From NCBI GenBank assembly GCA_963711465.1, contig CAVQEG010000001.1, positions 1,241,699 to 1,305,698 of the forward strand: 64,000 bases of DNA. The letters run 5' to 3'. The notes under the pieces were generated by a model. The model did no database searches, was not told the DNA's origin, and was given only the letters and a program-made list of their open reading frames with translations. The stretch comes from Chlorobiota bacterium. Its GTDB lineage: Bacteria; Bacteroidota; Ignavibacteria; OLB7. The position numbers and the translations under genes are program-made. Of the stretch, positions 1 to 9,197 are shown piece after piece; position 1 is the stretch's first letter; each line of letters begins with the position of its first letter.

Positions 1-701
1 CCGCCTTCAGCTGGATTCCCAATCCGTACGCGCTCAAGAGTGAGAATACCGTCCTGCGCCGGCTCGACAAGGACTACGCGCTGGAACTGATGCAGCTTCG
101 CAAGGACGCCGCCCGAGGTGAACACTACCGCGAAATGCTCGGCTTCAAACGGGTCTCCCCCATGAAGCTGCTCCCGGCCGAAGTGCTGATGAAGACCACC
201 ATTCAGCTGCGCAACTATGCGACGCTCAACGTCGGATCCGGTGATGGTGTCGCCGTCGGTATGCCGGTGATGACCGAGCGTGGTCTGGTCGGTCGCGTGA
301 TCGGCACCAGCGAGAACTACTCGGTCGTCCAGCTGCTGATCAATCGCGATATGCGCGTGGCCGCCCGCACGCTCCGCGAGCGGATCGACGGCCTGGTCAC
401 CTTCGACGGACGAGCCGACCTGCTGATGAAAAACGTCGCCTCTGTCGAGCCCGTCAAGCTCGGCGATACCGTCACTACCTCCAGCTACTCCCCCTTCTTC
501 CCCGCCGGAATTCCCATCGGTACCGTTGGTGAAATCCAGGAGGAGGACGGCTCGCTCTTCTACCGCATCAAGATCAATCCCGCCGTCAACTTCGCCACGC
601 TCGAAGAGGCGTTCGTCGTTCTGCATTCGCCCGATGAGGAGCGTATCGAACTCGAGCGCAGCGTGATCGAACCGCGTGAGGCGCGAGGTGGCGAGGAATG
701 A
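1..701 (+). CDS. mreC: Rod shape-determining protein MreC (5'-partial; reading frame is open from window start, first ATG at 90 is internal)
   Basis: Translation (…NVASVEPVKLGDTVTTSSYSPFFPAGIPIGTVGEIQEEDGSLFYRIKINPAVNF) matches the MreC C-terminal beta-domain. The frame has no stop back to nt 3 and the gene is followed by mreD with a 4-bp overlap. Confidence 0.8.
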   Translation, partial: AFSWIPNPYALKSENTVLRRLDKDYALELMQLRKDAARGEHYREMLGFKRVSPMKLLPAEVLMKTTIQLRNYATLNVGSGDGVAVGMPVMTERGLVGRVIGTSENYSVVQLLINRDMRVAARTLRERIDGLVTFDGRADLLMKNVASVEPVKLGDTVTTSSYSPFFPAGIPIGTVGEIQEEDGSLFYRIKINPAVNFATLEEAFVVLHSPDEERIELERSVIEPREARGGEE

Positions 702-1192
702 TCGCGCCGCTGAGTCTCGTCTACTACGCCGCTGCAGCCCTCATCCTGACACTGGTGCAGCTGAACCTCGGCTACATCGCCGTCGAGAGCGTCACGCCCG
801 ACCTCCTGGTGATTCTCACCGTCTTCATCGCCCTCCGTGAAGGCCAGTTCACCGGCCTGATCGCCGGCTTCCTCGTCGGACTGCTCTTCGACATCATCTC
901 CAGCGGTATCACCGGCACAAACGCGCTGTCGAAAATGATGGCGGGATTCGTGGCCGGGTTCTTCTACGACGAGAATCTCGACCTCGCCGAAGCCGTCGGC
1001 ACCGTCCGGTTCCTCGGAATTGTCGCCCTGGCGACGTTCGTGCACAACCTGATCTTCTACTTCTTCTACGTCCGCGACACGTCGTTGAGCTTCGTCCGAT
1101 TTTTCCTCGAAAGCGGTATCGCCTCGACGCTCTACACGACCGTCATCGCCGTCGTCGTCATGCTCGCCACCGCGCGAAAGAAGGCCTGGTAG
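698..1192 (+). CDS. mreD: Rod shape-determining protein MreD
   Basis: 164-aa polytopic membrane protein. Its start overlaps the mreC stop (ATGA), the classic mreCD arrangement. Confidence 0.7.
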   Translation: MIAPLSLVYYAAAALILTLVQLNLGYIAVESVTPDLLVILTVFIALREGQFTGLIAGFLVGLLFDIISSGITGTNALSKMMAGFVAGFFYDENLDLAEAVGTVRFLGIVALATFVHNLIFYFFYVRDTSLSFVRFFLESGIASTLYTTVIAVVVMLATARKKAW

Positions 1193-1271
1193 TCCTATAT
1201 TTCTCACCTCAGTCGACTACTCCCACGCTCCCCCCGCCCCGCGCAGATTCGTCCATCTCCGGAGGTCCATC

Positions 1272-1721
1272 ATGCACCGCAGAATTCCATTCCTCATTAC
1301 GCTGCTCACCGTCGTCCTCCTGGTCGTCTCGGCCGGCTGTTCGTCGACGCTCACCTCCGATGAACAGGCCTACCTCGACCGCGCAATGGAACACCCGACG
1401 ATCTTCACCATGCTCAAAACCGATCGATTCACCGCGTGGAAACGCGCCGCTGCATGGATCAATACCTATTCGGTCGAACCGCTCGATGAAGTGAAGGACG
1501 ACGTGCTACGCACCAAGCCGGCCGGCTCCGGCACCGACTTCGAAACCAGCTACGGCTACGAGGTGACGCGAAAGCCCGTCGGCGACGATCGTATCGAAGT
1601 GGCGGTCTCCTGTTCGGTGAGCAACATGTTCTACGGTGAGCAGGCCAAGACCAATGCACACCTGCTCGCCTACTACATCGGTACCGGCGATCTCCCGTCA
1701 CCCAATGTGGTGAACCGGTGA
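1272..1721 (+). CDS. Putative lipoprotein of unknown function
   Basis: N-terminal signal peptide with a lipobox-like LVVSAGC sequence. A GGAGG Shine-Dalgarno site sits 8 nt upstream of the ATG. Codon bias is typical of the window. Confidence 0.5.
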   Translation: MHRRIPFLITLLTVVLLVVSAGCSSTLTSDEQAYLDRAMEHPTIFTMLKTDRFTAWKRAAAWINTYSVEPLDEVKDDVLRTKPAGSGTDFETSYGYEVTRKPVGDDRIEVAVSCSVSNMFYGEQAKTNAHLLAYYIGTGDLPSPNVVNR

Positions 1722-1825
1722 TGAGCCGCATTGCTCCATGCGCACCGCGTGCGTAGATTGTGAACGCGGAATGTCTGCGTAATCAACGCTAGTGTGTGTG
1801 GCTAGTGCGGCATTCCGCAAATACG

Positions 1826-1864
1826 AACGGGCGCCATTTCGGGTTGGCGCCCGTTTTCTTTTTC
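1826..1864. terminator. Bidirectional rho-independent terminator between the convergent lipoprotein and FmdB genes
   Basis: AACGGGCGCCA-tttcgggt-TGGCGCCCGTT perfect 11-bp stem followed by TTTCTTTTT on the plus strand. Confidence 0.6.
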
Positions 1865-1886
1865 CCCCGCGCGCACCCGCCGCCGA

Positions 1887-2276
1887 TTACGATCCGCTCG
1901 ACGCGCTGCTCGCTGCGTCGCTCGAGGATGACGATCCTCCCTTGTCAGCCGAACCGCCCGACGACGATCCGCTCGAGTCGGACGATCCGCCTGAGTCCGA
2001 TGAGCCACCCGAATCCGGTGAACCGGACGAACTACCGGAACCGGAGGAACCGCCGCTGCCGGATCTGCCGTAGTCGGTCAGGTAGAATCCCTTTCCCTTG
2101 AACAGGAGTCCGCCGCCGCCGCTGATGAGGCGCACCACCTCGCCCGTACCCTTCTTCGCGGGATCGTCCTGGATGCACTCCTCGACCGGACAGTGAGTCA
2201 ACGGGTCGGAAGTGATCGACTGGAAGAATTCGAAGCGATGACCGCACGTCTTGCACCGATAATCGTAGGTAGGCAT
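1887..2276 (-). CDS. FmdB-family zinc-ribbon regulatory protein with a long Gly/Ser/Asp-rich C-terminal tail
   Basis: N-terminus MPTYDYRCKTCGHRFEFFQS…HCPVEEC is the FmdB CxxC…CxxC signature. The true start is the internal ATG at 2276, because the 42 nt upstream in the ORF lack homology. The tail is a run of about 60 G/S/D residues. Confidence 0.7.
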   Translation of the reverse strand: MPTYDYRCKTCGHRFEFFQSITSDPLTHCPVEECIQDDPAKKGTGEVVRLISGGGGLLFKGKGFYLTDYGRSGSGGSSGSGSSSGSPDSGGSSDSGGSSDSSGSSSGGSADKGGSSSSSDAASSASSGS

Positions 2277-2318
2277 CGTCTGGTGAACCGCCGATAGTAA
2301 TGTGGAATCGATTCGCAC

Positions 2319-4796
2319 TCAGAATGCGTATCCGAGACTGAGCTGGAATGTGAGGTTGGAGAATTGGAACTGGTGCTGCCACAGCAGCCGCTCGCCGGCG
2401 TCGTAATTGATCGGGTCATAGATCGGAAGTCCGAATCCGGCCCAGATCGGCCCGATCGGAAGCGAATATCCGATTCCCGCGCCGATCGACACGGCGATGT
2501 TCTGACCAATGAATTTCAGGTCGGTGAGCTCGTCGACGTTTCTGGCGAACGCATTTCCGGCGTCGAGGAACACCATTGTGACGATGTTCGACGACACGGT
2601 CGCCATCGGGTCGTTCGCCTGGGGAACACCGAAGGGATGGACGCGATATTCGGCGCTCAATTCGAGCACCCCGAGTCCTCCCAGCAGCGTCCGGCTCTCC
2701 CGGAGGATATCGCGGAAGACCTGTGAATTGACGCCCTCGAGCGACTGCTCGGTCCGTGTGGCGAGCATTTCACGAGGGCCCCAGCCACGGATCGAATTCG
2801 CACCGCCTGCCCAGAACAGCGACGGCAGCGGCACGAGTGAAACGCCGCCGAAGAGCCTGGGATCGATCGCACCGATATGCGCGCGCGTGGCAAGGACACC
2901 GGTGGCAAAGGGGAAATACCATCGGCCGTCGATGTCGGCCTTGGCATAGAGTCCGTTGGCCAGCCCCACCATTCCGAATTCGACCAGCGATTTGACGAAG
3001 TACCCGTTGGTCGGCTCAAAGATGTTGTCGCGATGGTCACCGGTGAATTCGGCGCCGAGCTGCACGGTCAGATTGAGCGAGGAATACGCATCGGCCGCGG
3101 GCTGATCGTCGAGCGAATCGACGAGCGCCCTGGAGTCACCCTGCAGCACCTGATTGCGATAGATATCGCGCGCCAGCAGCACGACGACCTGGTCGATCAG
3201 TGAGGTCGAATCCGTCTGAGTGTCGAGCAGCCCTTCGGCCTGGGCCGTGGCGACACGACGCTCGGCAAGCCCGTGCAGGTATGAGGCGATGTTGATGTAC
3301 TGCAGCCACTGCCCCGTGACGTGTCCGGTGATTCCATTGACGAACGTATACGACGGAAGACGCGGAATCACCTCGGTCTGCAGCTGGTACCGTTCGGAGC
3401 GGAAAATGCGCTCCGGCAGGACGATCGTCGTGTCCCCGTTGTCGGTCGGCTCGAGGTACGTCGCGCTTTCCAGCCGGTTCTCCACTGCAAAGTCGACCGA
3501 ACTGCTGAAACGGAAACTGAGGAACGGGAACAGGAGATCGGGGATGTAATACGAGGCGCTGACACCGTACTGATTGTCGCCGACGAACTGCGACAGCCGC
3601 CCCAGGTAGCGTCCCTGAGCGGAGAAGCGACCGCCTTCACAGAACGGATCGAGCAGCCCGAAATCGACGTTGCTGCCGGCGAACCAGCGGTACTGGTTGA
3701 CACGTCGTTCGACGCTGAACTGCGGCGTGGCCTGGAGATTCAACCGCTGTCGGTAGCGCACGTGCACCTGCATCCCGAGGGTATCGCCATGCGTCAGCGC
3801 GGCCGATGAGTCAATTCGGGCAAGCTCGAAGAGACCGAGGGTGTTGTAGAGGTTGCCCACAGACTGTTCGACCTTCTGCTGCGAGTACCACGCACCCTTC
3901 TCGTAGACGATCTGATTGGAAATCTCATCGCTGCCGAGACACATGTCGACGCTGGGATCATCGAGGTAGCGTGTCTGGCCGAAGCGGTATCGCATTCCGG
4001 GCACGAGCGTCACCAGCACGCTGTCATGCGGACGGTCGGGTCGCGTTGTGTCGTCCATCAGCACGACGACGTCACCACGGCGGGCGAAGGCGTATCCGTT
4101 GTTGCGCAGCAGGCCGACCGACTGAGCGATCTCCTTATCGAGATCGGCGGCGGAATAATCCGAATTGCGCGACACGATCTTGGCCTTGCGGACCTGTGCC
4201 TGCAGTTGCTCGGGAATCGTATCGATGCCGATGTAGTTGATTCCGGAGAGGGTGTATCGAGGGCCCTCATCGATGGTGTAGCGAACGATGGCGGAATTAC
4301 GAACGGTATCGACGCGCGCCTGGAAGGCCACGGTTGCCTCATGAAAGCCGAATCGATTGTAGAGCGCCTTGATCGTGGCGGTATCGGCCGCAGCGGAGGT
4401 GAGGTTGAGGTATCGGACGTTTCCGGTGAGACTGTCGACGACGGAACTGAGCCGGTTGTGAATCACCGGGCGCACCGAATCACTGACGATCGCTGCAATC
4501 GACTCCAGGGGTGCGGTGAACGGGGTGCTGGTGAAGACGGCGAAGAAGCGACCGGCGAAGGACTGGCCGGTCGACTGCGTGACGATGTTGGCCTTGATGA
4601 GGTTGGTCGACAGCGCGCTGTTGCCTTCGAACTCGACGCCGACGAGGATTGGACGCACCGACTGGCGGTCGCGCTGCTGAAAGTGGTGGACGCCGGTCAC
4701 CTGGGCACGGGCGCCGCAACAGGCGGCGCACACCAGTACCGCGATGACCGCGAGAGCACGCGCCGGCTGGCGAAGCGGTACGACGGCGATTCGCAT
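2319..4796 (-). CDS. Omp85-family outer-membrane protein (BamA/TamA-like) with N-terminal POTRA region and 16-strand barrel
   Basis: Signal peptide, then POTRA-like VEFEGNSALSTNLIKANIVTQSTGQSF. Barrel motifs FWAGGANSIRGWGPREM (loop-6 VRGY-like) and FLDAGNAF are present, and the C-terminus ends …LSLGYAF. Confidence 0.65.
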   Translation of the reverse strand: MRIAVVPLRQPARALAVIAVLVCAACCGARAQVTGVHHFQQRDRQSVRPILVGVEFEGNSALSTNLIKANIVTQSTGQSFAGRFFAVFTSTPFTAPLESIAAIVSDSVRPVIHNRLSSVVDSLTGNVRYLNLTSAAADTATIKALYNRFGFHEATVAFQARVDTVRNSAIVRYTIDEGPRYTLSGINYIGIDTIPEQLQAQVRKAKIVSRNSDYSAADLDKEIAQSVGLLRNNGYAFARRGDVVVLMDDTTRPDRPHDSVLVTLVPGMRYRFGQTRYLDDPSVDMCLGSDEISNQIVYEKGAWYSQQKVEQSVGNLYNTLGLFELARIDSSAALTHGDTLGMQVHVRYRQRLNLQATPQFSVERRVNQYRWFAGSNVDFGLLDPFCEGGRFSAQGRYLGRLSQFVGDNQYGVSASYYIPDLLFPFLSFRFSSSVDFAVENRLESATYLEPTDNGDTTIVLPERIFRSERYQLQTEVIPRLPSYTFVNGITGHVTGQWLQYINIASYLHGLAERRVATAQAEGLLDTQTDSTSLIDQVVVLLARDIYRNQVLQGDSRALVDSLDDQPAADAYSSLNLTVQLGAEFTGDHRDNIFEPTNGYFVKSLVEFGMVGLANGLYAKADIDGRWYFPFATGVLATRAHIGAIDPRLFGGVSLVPLPSLFWAGGANSIRGWGPREMLATRTEQSLEGVNSQVFRDILRESRTLLGGLGVLELSAEYRVHPFGVPQANDPMATVSSNIVTMVFLDAGNAFARNVDELTDLKFIGQNIAVSIGAGIGYSLPIGPIWAGFGLPIYDPINYDAGERLLWQHQFQFSNLTFQLSLGYAF

Positions 4797-4915
4797 CGTC
4801 GGTTTGTCGGTTGCGTTCCAATGAAACGGGGAAGCGCGCCGTCGACCGGCGGCTTCCCCGTTCGGATTTCCAGGGTATGGTTCGACGGCGGACCCAACGG
4901 CGCCGGAGCACCGGT

Positions 4916-5143
4916 TCAGTAATCCTCGGATTCTTCGTCGAAGAACAGATCGTGGTTCGCCGCTTCGGGCCAGAGGTCTTCGATGCTCTCGTAGACTTCG
5001 CCCTCATCGTCGTTGAGTTCCTGGATGTTCTCGATCACCTGCATCGGGGCACCGGTGCGGTTCGCGAAATCGAGGAGCTCCTCCTTGGTCGCCGGCCACG
5101 GCGCCTCTTCCAGATACGATGCGAGTTCAGGTGTCCACAGCAT
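4916..5143 (-). CDS. Small acidic DUF2795-like protein
   Basis: YLEEAPWPATKEELLDFANRTGAPMQVIENIQELNDDEGEVYESIEDL matches the DUF2795 pattern (YP..K..L…A…GAP..V…L..L.D..Y.S..EV). Confidence 0.45.
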   Translation of the reverse strand: MLWTPELASYLEEAPWPATKEELLDFANRTGAPMQVIENIQELNDDEGEVYESIEDLWPEAANHDLFFDEESEDY

Positions 5144-5542
5144 GGGAGCGGTCCTCCTGCATTTGTCTATGTGCGGTTGATAGTTTCAACGTTGATCCGA
5201 CCCACAGACGGTCCCGCCGTTACGGTGCCCTCGCGGCATTGCAGTTCGACGCAAGCGGGCTCGCGCTGCGTTGGCGTCCGGACAATTATCAGGCCGGTTG
5301 CCTGCCGTCATGCAGGTCGAAATCGGGACCGGGTGGATGGACAGGGTGCCGAATTTTCGGCTCGGATCTCTGTTCGACGCGCGAAGATAGACGTATTTCA
5401 CACATACGCAAGCCGAACGTGTTGCAATCACGGCCAGCGGGTATGCCCTATTGTACCCTGTTCGGTGAACGCCGAAAAAACCGTTCCGTCACGCGTGAAT
5501 TCGCCGCCCGCGCACAGGAATTTCCGCGATTGACAGAGTATG

Positions 5543-6610
5543 TCAGGTTGTAGCGTAGCGGCGTGCAATCGTGGGAATCAGATACTCCTGGAACGTCCGC
5601 CGCATGTCGTAGGCCGGCTCCCACCCCCAGTCGGCGCGCGCCCTGGCGTCGTCGACGTCTTCCGGCCACGAGTCGAGAATCCCCTGCCGCTTGTCATCCA
5701 CCTCGTAGCCCAGCTGAGCGCCGGGAAACGCGTCGAGCGTCATCCGTCGGATTTCGCCGGCAGACGGCGCGAACGCCCCGACGTTGTACACCGTGCTCGA
5801 CAGCGATTCGTACGGCGCATTGAACAGGCCAAGCAGCCCGTCGATCGCATCGGGCATCGCCATGAACGGAATTCGCGTGTCCTCGCGCGCGAAACAGTCG
5901 TAGGGCTCTGCCTTCGCCGCGGCGTGAATCATCTCCGAGGCGTAGTCGCTCGTTCCGCCCGACGGCAGTGTCACCGCGCTGATGAGCCCCGGAAACCGCA
6001 ACGCGCGGAAGTCGACGTGGTATTGATCGCGATCGGCCGCCAGCTGCCGATAGTGATGCGTGTAGTACCGCCCGGTGTGCTCGCTCGAGAGCTTGTTGAT
6101 CCCGTACATCGTCGTCGGCATCAGGTATTCCCGCTCACTCACCGCTCCGGCTGCCCGCTTCGTCTGCAGATCGCCCATTCCGTACACCGCGATCGAACTC
6201 GGGAAGATGAACTTCACGTTCGCACCGGCATTGCGCGCCTCTCCGACGGCGAACTTCAGCAGGTTCAGTGTCCCCTGCACGTTGATTTCGTGCGCGGTCT
6301 CCGGCGTGAATTCACCGCGCGTGGAGAGCATCGCCGCCAGATGGAATATCCCCGCGATCTCGTACTGCGACGCCAGACGCTGCAGCAATCCCGTGTCGAG
6401 TATGTTGCCGACAACGACATCGGCGCACCGCTCTGCCAGCTCCGGCTCCAGCGGACGAAGGTCGAGCGCGACGATGCTGTACTCACCGTCGTCGGACAAC
6501 CGCGTGATGAGCCCGTGGCCGATCTCGCCACCCGCTCCGGAGATGAGGATCACTGGTTTGCGAATCATCGAAGTGTTCCCGTAGAGTTCGGTATTCGTTG
6601 GAATGGTCAC
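5543..6610 (-). CDS. NAD-dependent epimerase/dehydratase family protein (extended SDR, L-threonine-3-dehydrogenase-like)
   Basis: N-terminal Rossmann ILISGAGGEIG motif plus the YxxxK region (TTMYGINKLSSE). Length is 355 aa. Confidence 0.55.
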   Translation of the reverse strand: MTIPTNTELYGNTSMIRKPVILISGAGGEIGHGLITRLSDDGEYSIVALDLRPLEPELAERCADVVVGNILDTGLLQRLASQYEIAGIFHLAAMLSTRGEFTPETAHEINVQGTLNLLKFAVGEARNAGANVKFIFPSSIAVYGMGDLQTKRAAGAVSEREYLMPTTMYGINKLSSEHTGRYYTHHYRQLAADRDQYHVDFRALRFPGLISAVTLPSGGTSDYASEMIHAAAKAEPYDCFAREDTRIPFMAMPDAIDGLLGLFNAPYESLSSTVYNVGAFAPSAGEIRRMTLDAFPGAQLGYEVDDKRQGILDSWPEDVDDARARADWGWEPAYDMRRTFQEYLIPTIARRYATT

Positions 6611-6654
6611 CGCCCGCGATGCAGCGCGTGCGACACCGGCGGAGTCATTGCCGC

Positions 6655-6924
6655 CTATCGACGGACGACGAACCCGGCATGGTGCTCGTCATCGACCGCG
6701 CGTGCATCGACGCGCTGCACGCGCGCGCCGGCGGGACCGATTTCGATCTGTTCGCGAAACGAACGGATGTTCTGTTCGTCGCCGGTGGCGAGAATTTCCA
6801 CAGCGCCGTCGTCGGTGTTGCGCACCCATCCGCCGATGTCGAACGACTCGGCCAGACGGGTGGTGAAGTATCGAAAGCCGACACCCTGCACCCGACCCTC
6901 GATTCTGAAACGGTAGGCAGACAT
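6655..6924 (-). CDS. acyP: Acylphosphatase
   Basis: MSAYRFRIEGRVQGVGFRYFT…GGWVRNTDDGAVEIL is the canonical acylphosphatase signature. The ORF-track start at 7221 is a spurious upstream extension and the real ATG is at 6924. Confidence 0.8.
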   Translation of the reverse strand: MSAYRFRIEGRVQGVGFRYFTTRLAESFDIGGWVRNTDDGAVEILATGDEQNIRSFREQIEIGPAGARVQRVDARAVDDEHHAGFVVRR

Positions 6925-7022
6925 GAGATCGGCAAATATCTGCAGTGCGGCCGTGTGGTCAAACGCACACTCCGTAACCGTCGGTGAATCGTTCTGCGAA
7001 CGCCGGTCGTGGCCCCTGCCCC

Positions 7023-9131
7023 TCACCACAACGGTTGCTCCAGCGCCAGTCGCGCACCGAAGCGGCTGCCGTCGATGCTGATGTTGAGCCGGGCAGCCAG
7101 ACGCTCCCCGGCGTAGCGGATCGCCACCACCGGAGAGAGCCGCCAGTCGAACTGCGAGAGTTGTTCGATACGATCCCATCCGCCGGACGCTCCAAGGCCG
7201 ACGACGAGGCCGAACCTCCACACGACGGGAATTCTCGCCTCCGCCTCCATCTCCGCAATCACCGGCCGTTCGTACGGCCCGCGAACGCCGAGCTGCAGCG
7301 GATCGCGGCCGCCGAAGCCCGGAAGGAGCGCCGCCGGCAGACGGTCGGCCACGATCGCCTCGAGTCGTGCCGCCAGCGCCAGCGTCGTCGTCGGGTAGCA
7401 GAGTGTTGAGTAGTGGCGAACATCGAGTGCGAACCGTCCGAAGTGGCCCGTCGCCAAGCCAGTCTGCGGCGCAAGCTCCGTTTCGATCGCCAGCAGCGAT
7501 CCACGGTGCGGCTCGATCCTGCTGTCACGCGTGTCGACGCGGATCGTTCCGATGATCGATGCCACCGTTGCTGAACGGTCCGCCGCCGCCTGAACCTCCG
7601 ACGAGCCAGAGGCGGCCGAGGTCGGCCCGTCGTCGCTGACACCGCGATACCTGAGCGTGGCCGCGGCGACGACCCGTGAGGTCACGCCCGTGCTGACCGT
7701 CGCCGACACCACCGCCGTCTCTCGCACCGAACCGGGGTCGGCAGCCGTGAACTCGGCACCGGCGACCTCCCGACGGTATCCCGCGTGAACATCGAGGCCG
7801 ACATCGTAGGCGAGCCCGTGACGCAGCTCTCGATCGGGCCACGATACTGTGAACTGATGGTACTCCTCTCCCCCGGTCGATCGGTAAATGGTCAGATCGA
7901 ACGACTCCGCGTCGCCCGAGGCACCGACGAGTATCGATCGGAATCCATAGCCGTACCCGGCACTCGGTGCGAACGCCGTGAGCGGAATCGTTTCATAGAT
8001 CGGCCGCACTGGCGGTTCCACCGCATCGCATACCGTTGGCGCCCCGGCGCACGCCCTCCGCATGTCCAGATCCGCCAGCACACCGTTGTGATCCGACGGA
8101 AGTACGCCATCGACCGAATCGATGAGCGCCGCATAGGCATCGATCACGCTTGCGGAATCGAATCCATGGCCCAGTAGCAGGTAGTCACTCCGGTGTGTTC
8201 GACGCGACCACAGCGACACCAGCAGGTCGTACGAATCCAGCGTGTCGCCCGATGCGTCCACGGGTCGTCCGGACCACCTGGCGTATGCGTTGAAGACGGG
8301 ATCCCACGTGGCCGGGCAGTGCGCGCCGGCATCGATCATCCCCATCGAATCGAGAAGCGTTGCCAGTTCGGGCGAGTCCGCGGTCGCACCGAGCGAACCG
8401 CCGAGCACTAGTGGCGCACCGGCCGGGAGCCTTCTGATCCGTCCGACGAGTCGATCGATCTCGCTTCGACGGCACGCACGGGCACGATCCCAGCGCTCGA
8501 CGGCTCGGTCGAATTCGCTCCGCGAAACCGTTCCCCGTTCGCGGAAGCCGGCAAGCTCCTCAATGAGCGTCGTATCGCGTGGCGGCGTCTGATTCAGCAC
8601 CGTGTTGACCAGACAGATCTCGACCGAATCGACTCGGATGGTGGCGGCTATGGCGAGCGAAGCCGGCGAGCCCTGCACGTTGATCGCACCGCCGTGCAGG
8701 CCGAACGGGCCGGAGAGCTTCCAGACGTCGAGCGACTGGAGATGGAGTTCGGGTCGGGCGAGGATCGCCAGTCCGCGCGCCCGGTCGAAGGGAAATCCGA
8801 TCGGACCGAGGCGAACGCCGCCGTCGGTCATCTGGTGAATTCTGTCGAATCCCAGTTCGCCGGAGAGCCGCGCTGCGAGCCGGGGCGAGGCGTTCTGCAG
8901 GAATACGACATCGGGATCGACCGCACCGATCGACGCCACCATCGCCCGTTCGAGTTCCTCGCGCGTGGGCGCATCCTGCCAGCGACCGTCGACGATTCCC
9001 CCCGAATGGTCATAGCCATCCCACGCACTGATGCTCAGCACGCGAAGGCGGGCGTTCTGCGCGCTCGCGACGTCAATGCACGAGAGGAGCAGACACGCCA
9101 GGGCAAGGCATCGAAGCCGGGATTGTCGCAT
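7023..9131 (-). CDS. Secreted protein: N-terminal EEP (endonuclease/exonuclease/phosphatase)-like domain fused to a C-terminal outer-membrane beta-barrel of about 350 aa (autotransporter/Omp85-like translocator)
   Basis: Signal peptide MRQSRLRCLALACLLLSCIDVASAQ. EEP motifs are present (LRVLSIS…, DPDVVFLQNA, …SDHNGVLADL). The C-terminal third has an alternating beta-strand pattern, an LGVRGPYER motif, and terminates …RLALEQPLW with an aromatic last residue. Confidence 0.6.
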   Translation of the reverse strand: MRQSRLRCLALACLLLSCIDVASAQNARLRVLSISAWDGYDHSGGIVDGRWQDAPTREELERAMVASIGAVDPDVVFLQNASPRLAARLSGELGFDRIHQMTDGGVRLGPIGFPFDRARGLAILARPELHLQSLDVWKLSGPFGLHGGAINVQGSPASLAIAATIRVDSVEICLVNTVLNQTPPRDTTLIEELAGFRERGTVSRSEFDRAVERWDRARACRRSEIDRLVGRIRRLPAGAPLVLGGSLGATADSPELATLLDSMGMIDAGAHCPATWDPVFNAYARWSGRPVDASGDTLDSYDLLVSLWSRRTHRSDYLLLGHGFDSASVIDAYAALIDSVDGVLPSDHNGVLADLDMRRACAGAPTVCDAVEPPVRPIYETIPLTAFAPSAGYGYGFRSILVGASGDAESFDLTIYRSTGGEEYHQFTVSWPDRELRHGLAYDVGLDVHAGYRREVAGAEFTAADPGSVRETAVVSATVSTGVTSRVVAAATLRYRGVSDDGPTSAASGSSEVQAAADRSATVASIIGTIRVDTRDSRIEPHRGSLLAIETELAPQTGLATGHFGRFALDVRHYSTLCYPTTTLALAARLEAIVADRLPAALLPGFGGRDPLQLGVRGPYERPVIAEMEAEARIPVVWRFGLVVGLGASGGWDRIEQLSQFDWRLSPVVAIRYAGERLAARLNISIDGSRFGARLALEQPLW

Positions 9132-9197
9132 GAGCGGCGCTGGGACGGAAGGACCGGAAGACCGTGGACCGGCGCGACAAATATAGGCGATGCCTGC

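Noticed and set aside
5540-6916. 458-aa plus-strand ORF
   Set aside because: Antisense to the epimerase and acylphosphatase genes, and Arg-rich.
7259-8592. Multiple 60-130-aa ORFs on both strands inside 7023-9131
   Set aside because: All are nested within the EEP-barrel gene and are Arg-rich, low-complexity.
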